From Eledone cirrhosa (lineage: Eukaryota): a stretch of DNA of 64,000 nucleotides. The stretch is taken from assembly GCA_964016885.1 (NCBI GenBank), contig OZ024740.1:312418001-312482000 (forward strand), read 5' to 3'. This document shows positions 10,773 to 22,799 of the stretch, piece after piece. A program made the position numbers and the translations under genes. The number at the start of each line of letters is the position of its first letter. Positions within the stretch are counted from its first letter, which is position 1. A model generated the notes under the pieces. The model searched no databases and had not been told where the DNA came from. It saw only the letters and a program-made list of their open reading frames with translations.

Positions 10773-12059
10773 TGTAGGTGTCACGACAAAAAAACACACA
10801 GTCCACGCTGTAATGTGGCCATGTAGGCAACACGGTAAAAACCTCCCAGACCCACACTGTAAATGTGGTTGGTGTTAGGAAGGGCATCCAACAGTAGAAA
10901 ACCTGCCAGACAGTCCTATGCGAGCAAGACAATCACTCTTGCCTCAAGTGGGAAAACCCCCGTCCAAACCCATGCAAGCGTGGAACACGGACGTTAAACG
11001 TTGATGATGATGATGATGATGATATATGTATGTATATATATATAAATATATATATATATATCATTATCATCACTATTTAACGTCCATTCCTCCACATTGG
11101 CGTGAGTTACGAGTTACATGAGTCATCATGTTGTGATACAAGCCAGATGGGATGACCATGTCCCACTCATACAGAACTGATTTTGGCCTGGCTTCTACGG
11201 CTGGATGCCCTTCTCAATGCCTACCACTTTACAGTGTGGACTGGGTGCTTTTTGTCGTGTCATCAACACAACGACTTTACAGTGTAGATTGGAGGCTTAG
11301 GTGAGGAAGATGCATAGGGATGGGAGAGGTATATCTAAGAGTGGTGGGGGACTTATCAGGTGAAGAGTGGGAGAAGGAGGTGAGTGAAGGGTGAGGTGTT
11401 ATGTCTGGGTGGAGTGTTGGCGGGGGAGAGGAAGTTAGGGAAAAGTGGTGAATACTGAACGTATGCTTCAATCCGTTCACGTGTTAAGGTAGGTCCTCCA
11501 CACAACTGCTTAATGCCAGAGATTTCGATCCTGTGTCATCGCCTTCGACAGGTGCAACTGTGCAAGCTCAGACCCAATTACCTCATCTCAAGGGTGAGGA
11601 ATGAGAGTTGGGGGTGGAGAATGAGTAAGCCTGTTGGACATGGAGTGAGTAGGATATTTAGCTGGTGAGAGTGGACGGTGGAGGGGTAACAAGAAGGAGA
11701 GGAAGAAGAAGGAGGAGGGAAGAAGAAGAAGAAGAAGAAGAAGAAGAAGAAGAGAGAGAACAAAGTTTAGTGAAGGAGAGAATGGTGAAGGTTTGGTGAG
11801 AAAGATTAAAAGGGACAAAATGGAAATGGAAGAGAAGACAGATAAGATAAAAAGAGAGAGAAAAGATGAAACTAGTGAAATGAGGCGGAGGGGGGGGGGG
11901 GGGTTATAGAGAGTGACAGATCAAATTAAATAGTAGTATGGGTGGGGTAAGAGCGTAATGTAATGCATGTCAGCGTGCGTGTGTATATGTGTGTACATGA
12001 GTGCTTGTACATGTGTGTGTTTATCTGAAGATAGTTTTAGAATGTAATTCAATATATTT

Positions 12060-12330
12060 TCAATAATGATGGAAATGATGATGTCGATATGGTGATGATG
12101 ATGATGATGATGATAACAACGATGATGATGATGATGATGATATTGATGATGATGACTACATTAATGATAAGGAGGAAGTGACAATGATGATAACACTAAT
12201 GATGATGATGATGATGATGATGATGGCTATGACAACATCAATGATGATGATGATGATGAGCATAAGCATTAACATGAGAAGGAACATCAGGGTGAGGATG
12301 ATGACGATGATGATGGTGACAATGATGATA

Positions 12331-12376
<46 letters not shown>

Positions 12377-12475
12377 GTAGGCAGAGGAGGAGGAAGGTGA
12401 GGGGGGATGAGTGTGATGATGATGGTGATAATGATGATGATGGTGATAATGATGATGGTGATGATGATGATGAGT
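12060..12475. repeat. Degenerate (GAT)n microsatellite array
   Basis: Read directly from the sequence. Confidence 0.95.
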
Positions 12476-12930
12476 AAGCAGAGGAGGAGGAAGGGGGGGG
12501 GGGGGGGATAACAAATAAATAAAGCCAAGTAAATTATTGATTTCTTCTTTTTACTGAGTATAGGAATTCAGACTTAAGTAAGTGATGGGAAGTTTTGGCT
12601 ATCAATCATTTCCCATGATTATTAATAGTGTAAGGGAAGTGAAACAGTTTTCCCCGGGTATCAAAACTAGTACATCACCTTAGCAAGAGTATATATCTAC
12701 ACTATAGTGTTCTTCACAGAGGCAGAAAAAATATATATATATATATATATTTGGTTGGGTATTGACTGTAATTAAGGTCGAGTGACGTAACCTCTCATGA
12801 TCAGCGCCTTTTAGACACACCGGACTAATGAAACAATTGTTAATACTTTAAATAAACCCTATTGTACAGCCAACCATGTTATTCTTCATTTCAGAAACCA
12901 TTCTTTTACTATATATATATATATATATAT

Positions 12931-12969
<39 letters not shown>

Positions 12970-13515
12970 TTTGTTTAACGTCCATTTTCCCCGCTAGCAT
13001 GGGTTAGACGGGAGTTGTCCCACTTGAGGCAAGGTTGGTCGGGTGACAGTGTCTCATATATATATATATATATATATTTATCCACTGGCACAATGATTCA
13101 GATTTAAATAGAAAAGAAGATTTTGTGATATTGATGCATTTCCAAAGAGTATTGTTTAACCCTTTAGCATTTACATTACTCAATATTTACTGTTGTATTT
13201 TCACAGTAAACACTTTATCTCACATAATATCGAATCTACGAGACTTTGATATTATTTATTTTGAGAACAATACCTTAACATAAGTATGAGCAGCCAGTTA
13301 TGATGACGAGTCAAGTTTCAATTGCTCTGATAGGTACAAATCCTTTAAATTTTAAACTAAATACATTAGTCAGTTGAGTTGCTAGAAACAGCAGCTAAAT
13401 GTTTCTTAAATCATGCAAAACATATTGGAAAGTGTAGTTCAAGATACAATCATCATCATCATCATCATTATCATCACCACTGCCACCACCACCACCACCA
13501 CCACCACCATATATA

Positions 13516-14040
13516 TTCCGTCAAGGAAATGGCCATATTCGGTATGCAGAAAAGGAACTGGCATACGAAAGGCCGGTTATATGATGCATGTGTGAGGTGC
13601 GCGATGCTGCATGGTAGTGAGACATGGGCAGCAACTGCAGAGGATATGCGACGACTGGAGAGAAATGAAGCAAGCATGCTCCGTTGGATGTGCAATGTAT
13701 GTGAACAACCAAGCATGGATGTGTTGAGAGAGAAACTGTGTTTAAGAGGGATAAGTTGTAGAGAGAAGACTGCAATGGTATGGACATGTGATGCGCATGG
13801 AGGATGACCGCTGGGTAAAGAAGTGCAAGAAATGCCAGTAGAAGAAAGACGCAATAGAGGAAGACCATGAAAAACATGGGCGGAGGTGGTGAGAGCAGAC
13901 CTCAGATCGCTGAAACTCACGGAGGAGATGACGATGGATCGTGACAAGTGGAGAGATGCTGTGCTGAATAGGAGCCGTCTCACCCTTGCAAGTAGGGAAA
14001 AACAGACATAAAATAATGATGATGATGTTGATGATGATGA
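13516..14040 (+). mobile_element. RTE LINE 3' fragment with (GAT)n tail
   Basis: KGRLYDACVR.AMLHGSETW, RLERNEASMLRWMC; closely similar to 19360-19845. Confidence 0.9.
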
Positions 14041-14061
14041 TATATATATATACAAACACAT

Positions 14062-14213
14062 ATATATTTCTCTCTTTGGAGGTCAGTGGTTAAAGTGAAG
14101 ATAGTGGTGATAGGTCAGGTTGGTATGGTGGAAATTATAGGAGTGGTCCAGTCATGATTATCATGGCTGGATTCACATATAGTGCAATCCTTGCTGACCT
14201 CCAAAGAGAGAAA

Positions 14214-14218
<5 letters not shown>
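14062..14218. mobile_element. 157-bp MITE-like element with 25-bp perfect terminal inverted repeats
   Basis: ATATATTTCTCTCTTTGGAGGTCAG (14062-14086) / CTGACCTCCAAAGAGAGAAATATAT (14194-14218); internal palindrome CCAGTCATGA-tta-TCATGGCTGG. Confidence 0.7.
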
Positions 14219-14242
<24 letters not shown>

Positions 14243-14245
<3 letters not shown>

Positions 14246-14450
14246 GGAACCAGTAAGACCCCGACGGCTGAGCTCAAGCCGTTTCGACGGCTAATTCTGG
14301 ACTAAAATCATTTAATCCAGAATTAGCCGTCGAAACGGCTTAAGCTCAGCCGTCGGGGTCTTACTGGTTCCTATTACCCACTCTACTACCCCAAGTATTG
14401 AGTACTTTGGTGCGTTATGGTCCACCTGGTTCCTTACCACATTTCCTTTG

Positions 14451-14452
<2 letters not shown>
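14243..14452 (+). mobile_element. Fold-back/(TA)n element, family copy 3
   Basis: 59-bp arms at 14243-14301 and 14316-14374 with one mismatch, followed by the constant tail; (TA)n on both sides. Confidence 0.85.
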
Positions 14453-14483
<31 letters not shown>

Positions 14484-15135
14484 TAAATAATCGAGAATCA
14501 GAATCTCGGCCCACGAAATAACGATAAACAATCTTCGACATATGTGGCAGAGGGCTCAATAGTTTGGATAAACCAGAGCTATAACTATCGTTAAAATACC
14601 AACACATAGAGACGATGCCTAAAATCATTCGCACAGCCGAAAAAAACGACCAGGAAAATTCGGGTCACTCAAATAATAAATTAATAAATTAATAAATTAA
14701 TAAATTAAATGAATGTAAAAACTCACCCAGACCCGGACCCGCTAGAAGGATGTTAAATTCTAGCTTTTTGGGTTTCTGCAGTTCCTTAATTAATTACTGT
14801 CAGCCCACATAAAAAAATATATCTGACTTCTAGTAAAGAGACGAACGAGGAAACTGCTTTCTCAGCGGATGTTTCGTTCAAAAATACAGGGGGACCCGTT
14901 ACTGAACGCACGTATAGTCCAGCGAAAGAATTCAGTAAAGTGTAAATTTTGTAAGAATACATATATATATATATATATATAGAGAGAGATTTTGAGTTTA
15001 TGTTGGTTGTATACCAACACCTCAGTATGCAGGCTGGAGCACTCGACGAAGTGCGCAGGTTGGTTTGGTTACTCCGGAGTAGTGTAAAATAAAGTTAAAT
15101 AAAAGTCAAATGATTAAAATTTAGCTTCGTTTATT

Positions 15136-15190
15136 ACTGCTATATATATTTCAGTGACAGCCATCTTTGGCTGTGACCTCTTCAGGCAGT
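15136..15190 (-). ncRNA. Type I hammerhead ribozyme (left-arm copy)
   Basis: Exact reverse complement of 15401-15455. Confidence 0.82.
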
Positions 15191-15400
15191 TTGAATTAGT
15201 ATGGTATAGACAAGTACATATGTTGTTTAGGTGTATGATATTGTCAATACTCTGATATGCCCAGTTCCTGGGGAACTGGAGTCATATGACTCCAGTTCCC
15301 CAGTGAATTAACAACCCAGCAAGGAACTGGGCATATCAGAGTATTGACAATATCATACACCTAAACAACATATGTACTTGTCTATACCATACTAATTCAA

Positions 15401-15455
15401 ACTGCCTGAAGAGGTCACAGCCAAAGATGGCTGTCACTGAAATATATATAGCAGT
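15401..15455 (+). ncRNA. Type I hammerhead ribozyme
   Basis: Stem I ACTGC/GCAGT; CTGAAGA; stem II GGTCACAGCC-aaagat-GGCTGTCACT (one C-C mismatch); GAAA; palindromic ATATATAT stem III; AUA cleavage triplet; AATAAA follows immediately. Confidence 0.82.
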
Positions 15456-15499
15456 AATAAACGAAGCTAAATTTTAATCATTTGACTTTTATTTAACTT

Positions 15500-15565
<66 letters not shown>

Positions 15566-15712
15566 ACAGGGAGAAAAAGACGATTATTAGGAAGAAAAAT
15601 ATTTTTTTCCTTTTATTTTTTTCTCTTTTTTCTGGGTTAGAAAATGTTTAAAACAAAATATTTTACTTTGTGTGAAGTGTTAAGGTATTAGTTAATTTAT
15701 TTATTAATTAAC

Positions 15713-16138
15713 AAACTATAAGTTTGCTGATACGAATCAGTTTCGTTTCCTCACAGAAATGTGCAGTTTAACAGTCACAGGTTCATCAGTCTCTATTCTT
15801 CTTTGAGCTAATATTATTATTATTACTGTGAACTGCGGAATACTCTTAATTCCGATCCTAGTATACTTAACGAGCTCTAAATTGTTGAGCTAATAAATTC
15901 GAATGGTTGGGCTTCCCTCTCTAGCATTTTCCCCAATCCATGAGAGCCGTTATTTGATGCAAATAACAAGTGATTTCGCCCTACCCTGGGCAGCGTGTAT
16001 ATTAGCTTTCTCTCTATCCATGAGGTTAGATGTGTAGTAAACAGAATCCACATTTGCTGACTGATGAACCTGTGACCTGTTATACTGCACATTTCTGTGG
16101 GAAAACGAAATTGATTCACATCAGCAAACTTATAGTTA
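15713..16138. ncRNA. Inverted pair of hammerhead-containing termini
   Basis: 15713-15792 (minus) and about 16052-16138 (plus). Plus copy: stem I TTTGCTGA/TCAGCAAA and CTGATGA. Minus copy: stem III ACGAA-actga-TTCGT and GUA. Confidence 0.6.
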
Positions 16139-16619
16139 TAAGGTTGGTAATTTAAAACTCTGCTTCAGAGATTTGATTCTGACTTAGGTTTTTTTCTATT
16201 TAATTGCTAAACCTGTAGATATTGTTTTCTATACAGTAACGGTAAAAATCACTTGTAATAATTCTTTACACACATCTCACTGTGTAACACACTTCTATTT
16301 GTGTAATATATTTGTATATATATATATATATTATTATAAAAATACTGAACTGTAAAAGTCAACAGTTGACATGATCTTATATCAGTACTGCCGTTAATAT
16401 ATGTATGTGTGTGTGTGTGTGTGTGAGTGGCATGTGTGTGTTTGTATGCATGAGTGTTGGTGTGTGTGTTTGTATGCATGAGTTTTGGTGTGTGAGTGAG
16501 TGTGTGTGTGTGTGCTGTGAGTGTCAATAAGTGGTGTTTTTTTATTTTATTTTTTTGTTTGTTATGACCATGCTGTAAAATGGAGGGGTAGAGAGGGCCC
16601 ATGAGTCCAGTAAGACATC

Positions 16620-19600
16620 CTCTCTAGTGCTGGTGGCACGAATAAAAGCACCCAGTCCATGCTGTAAAGTGGCACTGGTGTTAGGAAGGGCATCCAACCA
16701 GTGTATCAATGCCAAAATAATTTTGATCACAGCAACAAATATATAGGAACAACAAAAATATGAAGACGTCGCATCTCAGAGTTGCAACACTTAATGTTGG
16801 CACTCTCACAGGTAGATCTGATGAAATAGCAGAGATGCTGGAGAGAAGGCATGTGGATGTGTGTTGCGTGCAAAAGGTGAGATGGAGAGGTGCCTCTGCG
16901 AGACTAGTCGCAGGCAAACATCTTAGCTATAAGCTTTTCTAGGTAGGTAAGGATGATGGGTTAGGGGGAGTAGGCATTTTCCTGGCTGAGAGATGGATCA
17001 ATAAGACAATAGAGGTAGTTCGAGTTAGTAATCGAATAATTAAGCTTTAGATTAGTTGTTGGCAGGAGACTACTGACAATCATCTCTGCCTATGCTCCTC
17101 AAGCAGGCCGAGGCAAAGAAGAGAAAGACTGTTTTTACGAGCAACTTTTACAAACAGCCGCAATGACAGAGGACGGAGACATCGTTATGCTAACAGGGAA
17201 CTTCAATGGTCATGTTGGATAGCTCCAGGATGGTTACACTGGGGTACATGGTGGGCACGGTTACAGCTCAAGAAATGAAGAAGGAGTGAGACTTCTTGAA
17301 TTTTGTGATGCAAGTAAACTGACTATTTGCAACACTAACTTCCAGAAACCTGCCAACCACCTAATAACCTACAAATCAGGCGAGCACATAAGCCAGATTG
17401 ACTTCTTACTAGTTAGGCAGCGGGACAGGCAGATGGTGTCAAATACCCTGGGGAAGAATGTACCCCACAGCATAGGTTATTCGTTAGTGATATCTCTATA
17501 AGCAAGAGATGGAATGAGACATACAGGAAGGTGTAGAGAAGAAAGGTCTGGAAGCTAAAGGACCTTTCACTAAAATACAAATTTAGGAAAGCCCTTCAAG
17601 ATGTGTATGATGAAAAAGAAGACGAATTAGAGTCGTATGACATAGATAATAACTGGAATTTCTTACGTGACAACTTACTGCAGGCTACTGATGAAACTTG
17701 TGGCTGGAGCAGAGCTCCAACCAGACAGAGAGTGACCTGGTGGTAGAGCAGCACAGTAGATAGGGCCATTATAGACAAAAGACTAGCATGGAACGCTTGG
17801 AAAAAGGGTGGGAGTAGAGAAGGATATACAGCCACTAAGAGAGAAGCTAGACGTCAGGTGTACTTAACACGCAGGGAAATTGAGAGTAGGAGATTTGCCA
17901 ATGTTCTGTGACGGGAAGATCAGAGGCGTGCGGTGTTCCACATTGCAAGGCAGTGTGTTAATGTAAATCAAGATGTTGTCAGAGATAAATGTGTCCGGAA
18001 TGATGCCGGTGTACTTAGTGTCACGAATGATCAGAAATAGGAGGCCTGGAAATGTCATTATGAGAGACTGATGAATGTGGAGAACGAATGGGAGAGAGAG
18101 AAATTACCCTCAGTAGATCCGACAGAGAGATCAGCTATTGAGATTGACGAATATAGGTCCAAGAGGCGATTAAGGAAATGGAAAATGGTAAGGCTGCTGG
18201 ACCGTCGGGGATAGTTACTGAGATGCTGAAGGCATCAGGGGACGTAGGCACTAAACTGGTTGCACGCATCATCAATCAGGCTATATATGGTGGTGTCATA
18301 CCCAAAGACTGGTGCAGCAATATTCTCATAAATTGCTACAAAGGTAAAGGGGATGCTCTGGAGAGGAGCAATTATAGGGGTATAAAACTGATAGATCAGG
18401 TTATGAAAGTGGCAGAAAAGATATTAGCACAACTAATTAGAGAAAGGGTCAAACTAGATGAGATGCAGTTTGGTTTTGTGCCTGGGAAAAGTACAACAGA
18501 TGCCCTCTTCTTGGTGAGACAATTACAAGAGTGGTTCTTAGATAAGAATAAACCACTATACTTAGCCTTTGTTGACTTAGAGAAGGCCTTTGATAGGGTA
18601 CCCCGATCTGTCATCTGGTGGTCCCTAAGGAAACTAGGTGGTGAGGAATGGCTTGTGAGGACAGTGCAAACTTTGTACAGAGGTGCTATCAGTAAAGTCA
18701 GGGTAGGAATGGAGTTTAGTGAGGAATTCCAGATACAAGTAGGAGTACATCAAGGTTTGGTCCTCAGCCCACTCTTGTCTATTATAGTCCTCCAAGCCAT
18801 AACAGAGGAGTTTAAGACTGGCTGTCCATGGGAACTTCTCTATGCTGATGATCTGGTTCTTATAGCAGAATCAGTAGAGAAGCTAGAGAATAAATTCTGG
18901 CTATGGAAACAGCAGTTGGAAGCAAGAGGACTGAGAGTGAGCCTAGCTAAGACAAAAGTGTTGATGAGTAGAAAAGAGGACAAAACTCTGATTCCATCAG
19001 GGAAATGGCCATGTTTGATATGCAGAAAAGGAACTGGCATAAAATCTATAAAATGCACACAATGCAGATCCTGGGTACACAAGAGATGTAGTGGGATAGC
19101 AGGCAAACTAACAGGTAGGGAGAAATACGTATGCAGTAGATGTACAGGGAAATTAGACAGTAGAAGTCGATTTGATAGACACATTTTTCAAATGCAGGCG
19201 GGTGCTATAGACGTGGTGTATAGCTTCCGGTACCTAGGAGATCAGATTAGCATGGGAGGGGGGTGTTCCGAGGCCATAGTATCTAGAATAAGGACAGGTT
19301 GGAAGAAGTTTAGGGAGCTGCTTCCTCTGCTGACGAAGAAGGGTTTCTCCCTGCGTACAAAAGGCCGGTTGTATGAAGCCTGTGTGAGAAGCGCGATGTT
19401 GCATGGTAGTGAGACTTGGGCAGTAACTGCAGAGGATATGCGACGGCTGGAGAGAAAAGAGGCAAGCATGCTCCGTTGGATGTGCAATGTCAATGTGTGT
19501 GAATGACCCACCATGGATGTGTTGAGAGAGAAACTGTGTCTGAGAGGGATAGAATGTAGTGTGCGAGAGAGGAGACTGCAGTGGTATGGACATGTGAGAT

Positions 19601-19845
19601 GCGCATGGAGGATGACCGATGGGTGAAGAAGTGCCAGGAAATGCCAGTTGAAGGAAGATGTGGTAGAGGTAGACCACGAAAAACATTGGCGGAGGTGGTG
19701 AGAACAGACCACAGATCGCTGAAGCTCACAGTGGAGATGACAAAGGACCATGACAAGTGGAGAGATGCTGTGCTGAATAAGACTCGTCCCACCCTTGCAA
19801 GCAGGGAAAAGTGGACGTAAAATGATGATGATGATGATGATGATA
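16620..19845 (+). mobile_element. Near full-length RTE LINE (APE endonuclease + RT), with several stops and frameshifts
   Basis: LRVATLNVGTLTGR, YAPQ, GNFNGHVG and SQIDF endonuclease motifs; 442-aa RT ORF 18178-19506 with FVDLEKAFD, QG..LSP, YADD; (GAT)n tail. Confidence 0.95.
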
Positions 19846-20296
19846 TATATATATATGGTGGAATTATGGTCCCAGGGATGGGCTCTGCCAGGCTTAAAAT
19901 ATCCAAGAAATGCTGTATGTCAAATATGGCTCCCCTACGACTATCATGAGTTACGGGACCATACATACATATGTACATACATACGTACATACAGGTTTAG
20001 TGAGAGAGAAATAAGTAGTTCCTGATGGCAGAATAAGTGAAGTAAAATGGCAGCAAATAGGAATTGAAACCATACCATATTCTTGGTTTAATAAGAAGTT
20101 TAGGTATTGCTTTTATGAAGCAAGTGTGTATCTATATAATTGCTTGACCTGGCAGAAACCAGAGGCAAGTTTCTTTTGAATCATACCGGGCTATCCTAAA
20201 CAAAGGAAAGATACACAAGATAATGCCAAGAAAAAACAGGATGATCATGGTTGCAATGCCTTTGATAATAGTTCAGCTCAGTTGTAGCTAACCTGG

Positions 20297-20354
<58 letters not shown>

Positions 20355-20470
20355 CATCACCACCACAACAACAACAAAAGCAATAACAACAGCAACAGCA
20401 ACAACAACAACAAATACTACTACTACTAGAAGAAGAAGAAGAAGAAGAAGAAGAAGAAGAAGAAGAAGAT
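20297..20470. repeat. Compound microsatellite (CTA)n-(CCA)n-(CAA)n-(GAA)n
   Basis: Read directly from the sequence. Confidence 0.95.
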
Positions 20471-20919
20471 TAATCAAATGTTTCTCACTGCTTATATGGT
20501 ATAGAAATTGTAGTATTATGTATATGAGTAGTTAGGCATGGAATCTAAGGACAGGCCCACACACATATATACATACACAGCCTAACACGCAATCATATAC
20601 ACCCACATTAGCAAATAGGCACTAAAAACACAGCCATATATACACATGAAGAAATAGGAAGAGAGATGGTGGAAGAATGGATTAAATTCTGGCTTTATAC
20701 ATCATCTCAGCTTTCTGCATCATTTTAGTCTTAGGAGAAGGGATGCAGGTAGGGCTTCTGTGAGAAAGCTTGATCCCAAATTAGGGAGTAGTCTGAAAAA
20801 AGAAAAACAGAACTTGACTCAGGTTCCTCTATATCTCATGAGAGAACTTAAAGATGTTTATAGGAACATTTTCCAGCTTGGTTACTTTTTAATGAAAGAC
20901 AAACATTTGTTATTGACTA

Positions 20920-20993
<74 letters not shown>

Positions 20994-21859
20994 ACACACA
21001 TATATATGTATATGTTTATAGATATGTATATATATATATATCATCATCATCATCATCATCATGAGTATGATGATCATGATGATGATGCATCTAGTATCAG
21101 ATTTGCCATGGTTGAGAAGTAGCTATGAATGGATCTGAGAATATATTTATACTATAGATATATGCTCAATATGTATAGTATATTTCATAAGTTATACTAG
21201 TAAATGTCATGTGGCTAATTCATCCATATTAAATAAAAACTCATGATTAAGTGAGACTGTAAATTATAATGGAACAAAATATCTTCTTTTTTACATGTAG
21301 TTATTTTGTTACTGATTAGTCAGGGAGGGAATGGCAGTGTCCATGATCCTTTGAGGGTATCCAAGATAGATGAGAGGTATATCGGGGTATCTTCAAACCA
21401 AGGAAGTTGACCTGATACATGCAAAAAATTGAACTCTGCTCAAGGTACCTAAGGCTATGTGTTGATGTTAAACTGGGCTATAGATTAAATCTACCACCCA
21501 AGTAGATAACAGCATGATTTTAACTCAGAATACTAAGAATTGGCACAAATACTGCTAGGCATGTCATCTGACATTCTAACAATTCCACGAAGTCAATGCT
21601 CTGAACTTTATTTTATTGATCTTAAAAGGATGAAAGGCAATGTTAACTTCAATGGGATTTGAATGACTGCCAATTTGCCACCTACCTCTGCCATTTAAAA
21701 ATGAATATGGATATAAAATAATTCTTATAGTGTGTTGAAGTCGGTGTGCCCAAAGGTAACCCACACATCCAAATATTGTAAAAATTTGGACAATATTCAA
21801 AGATCTCAAATGAGATAAAAACGTATGTATTTATTAAACAAAAGATATTTATATTGAAT

Positions 21860-22152
21860 CCGAAGTGGTGTGCAGGAGAGAATATTTCATTGGTATGGAC
21901 ATGTGGTGCACATGGGCAATGACTGATGGGTGAAGAAATGCCAGGAAATCCCAGTGGAAGGAAGCTGCAGTGGAAGGCAACAAAGAAATATCTGGGCAGA
22001 GGTTGTGAGAGCTGTCCTCAAATCACTAAGACTGGCAGAGGAGATGACAAAGGAATGTGACAAGTAGAGAGATGCCATACTGAGAAGGATTCGTCCAACC
22101 CATGCAAGTGTGGAAAAACGGACACAAAAACAATGGTGTTGATTATGATGCA
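21860..22152 (+). mobile_element. RTE 3' fragment
   Basis: WYGHV region and CCCATGCAAGTGTGGAAAAACGGAC tail. Confidence 0.8.
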
Positions 22153-22687
22153 ATGAAGCCTTTAAAGATGAAAGAGAACCTTGAAATGATGCATTCAGAT
22201 AAGTAAAATAGATAACAAAAATAATTCAAATTTTTTAAAGATACTGAATGAACACTGGAAAAGTCCAGCCTCAATGTCTTTTCTTGAGTTAACAGGAAGG
22301 CCTTACAATATATCCTTTAACATAAAAAAAGAAAAGGAAAGGAATACTGTATTGTTGCAACTGCAGAAGATTTTGGAAAGATGATTACTTCAGAAATTCA
22401 AAAATGTAAATTTTCTATCCAGCTGGATAGATCCAGGTTTATAGGCAGATAAGAGGCAATAAGAGTTGGTAATAAATAGTATGAGAGAAAAAGTTACAGA
22501 ATGAGGTGAAGAAGAAAAATATACAGTTTCAGTACTGTGGTGGTAGCAGAAGGCAGGAGATAGCTTTATACAAAAGGAAAATGTAATGTCATAATTTTGC
22601 ATATTAATGAAACATATGTAAACATTATGTAATAAATGCTTTTCCTTTTTGCACAGTGAACAGTGTATTCGTGTAACTTATTGTCTT

Positions 22688-22773
22688 TTTCCTATTACCC
22701 ACTCTACTACCCATAGTATCGAGTACTCTGGTGCGTTATGGCCCACCTGGTTCCTTACCACACTTCCTTCGTT
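22688..22773 (+). mobile_element. Tail-only copy of the fold-back/(TA)n family
   Basis: TTCCTATTACCCACTCTACTACC...CTTCCTTCGTT followed by (TA)n. Confidence 0.75.
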
Positions 22774-22799
22774 ATATATGTATATATATATATATATAT

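Larger units (their letters stand above)
15088..15503. repeat. Perfect 182-bp inverted repeat with an internal 36-bp palindrome (Penelope-like inverted termini)
   Basis: Arms 15088-15269 and 15322-15503; CTGGGGAACTGGAGTCAT|ATGACTCCAGTTCCCCAG at 15268-15303. Confidence 0.92.

Noticed and set aside
11440-11600. Structured-looking segment with GAAA on the minus strand
   Set aside because: No CUGANGA core or consistent stems could be assigned.
12178-12528. Poly-Met, poly-His and poly-Ser ORFs
   Set aside because: Frames of a (GAT)n microsatellite.
20760-21122. 120-aa ORF
   Set aside because: Half is microsatellite, it starts at GTG, and no motif or splice support was seen.
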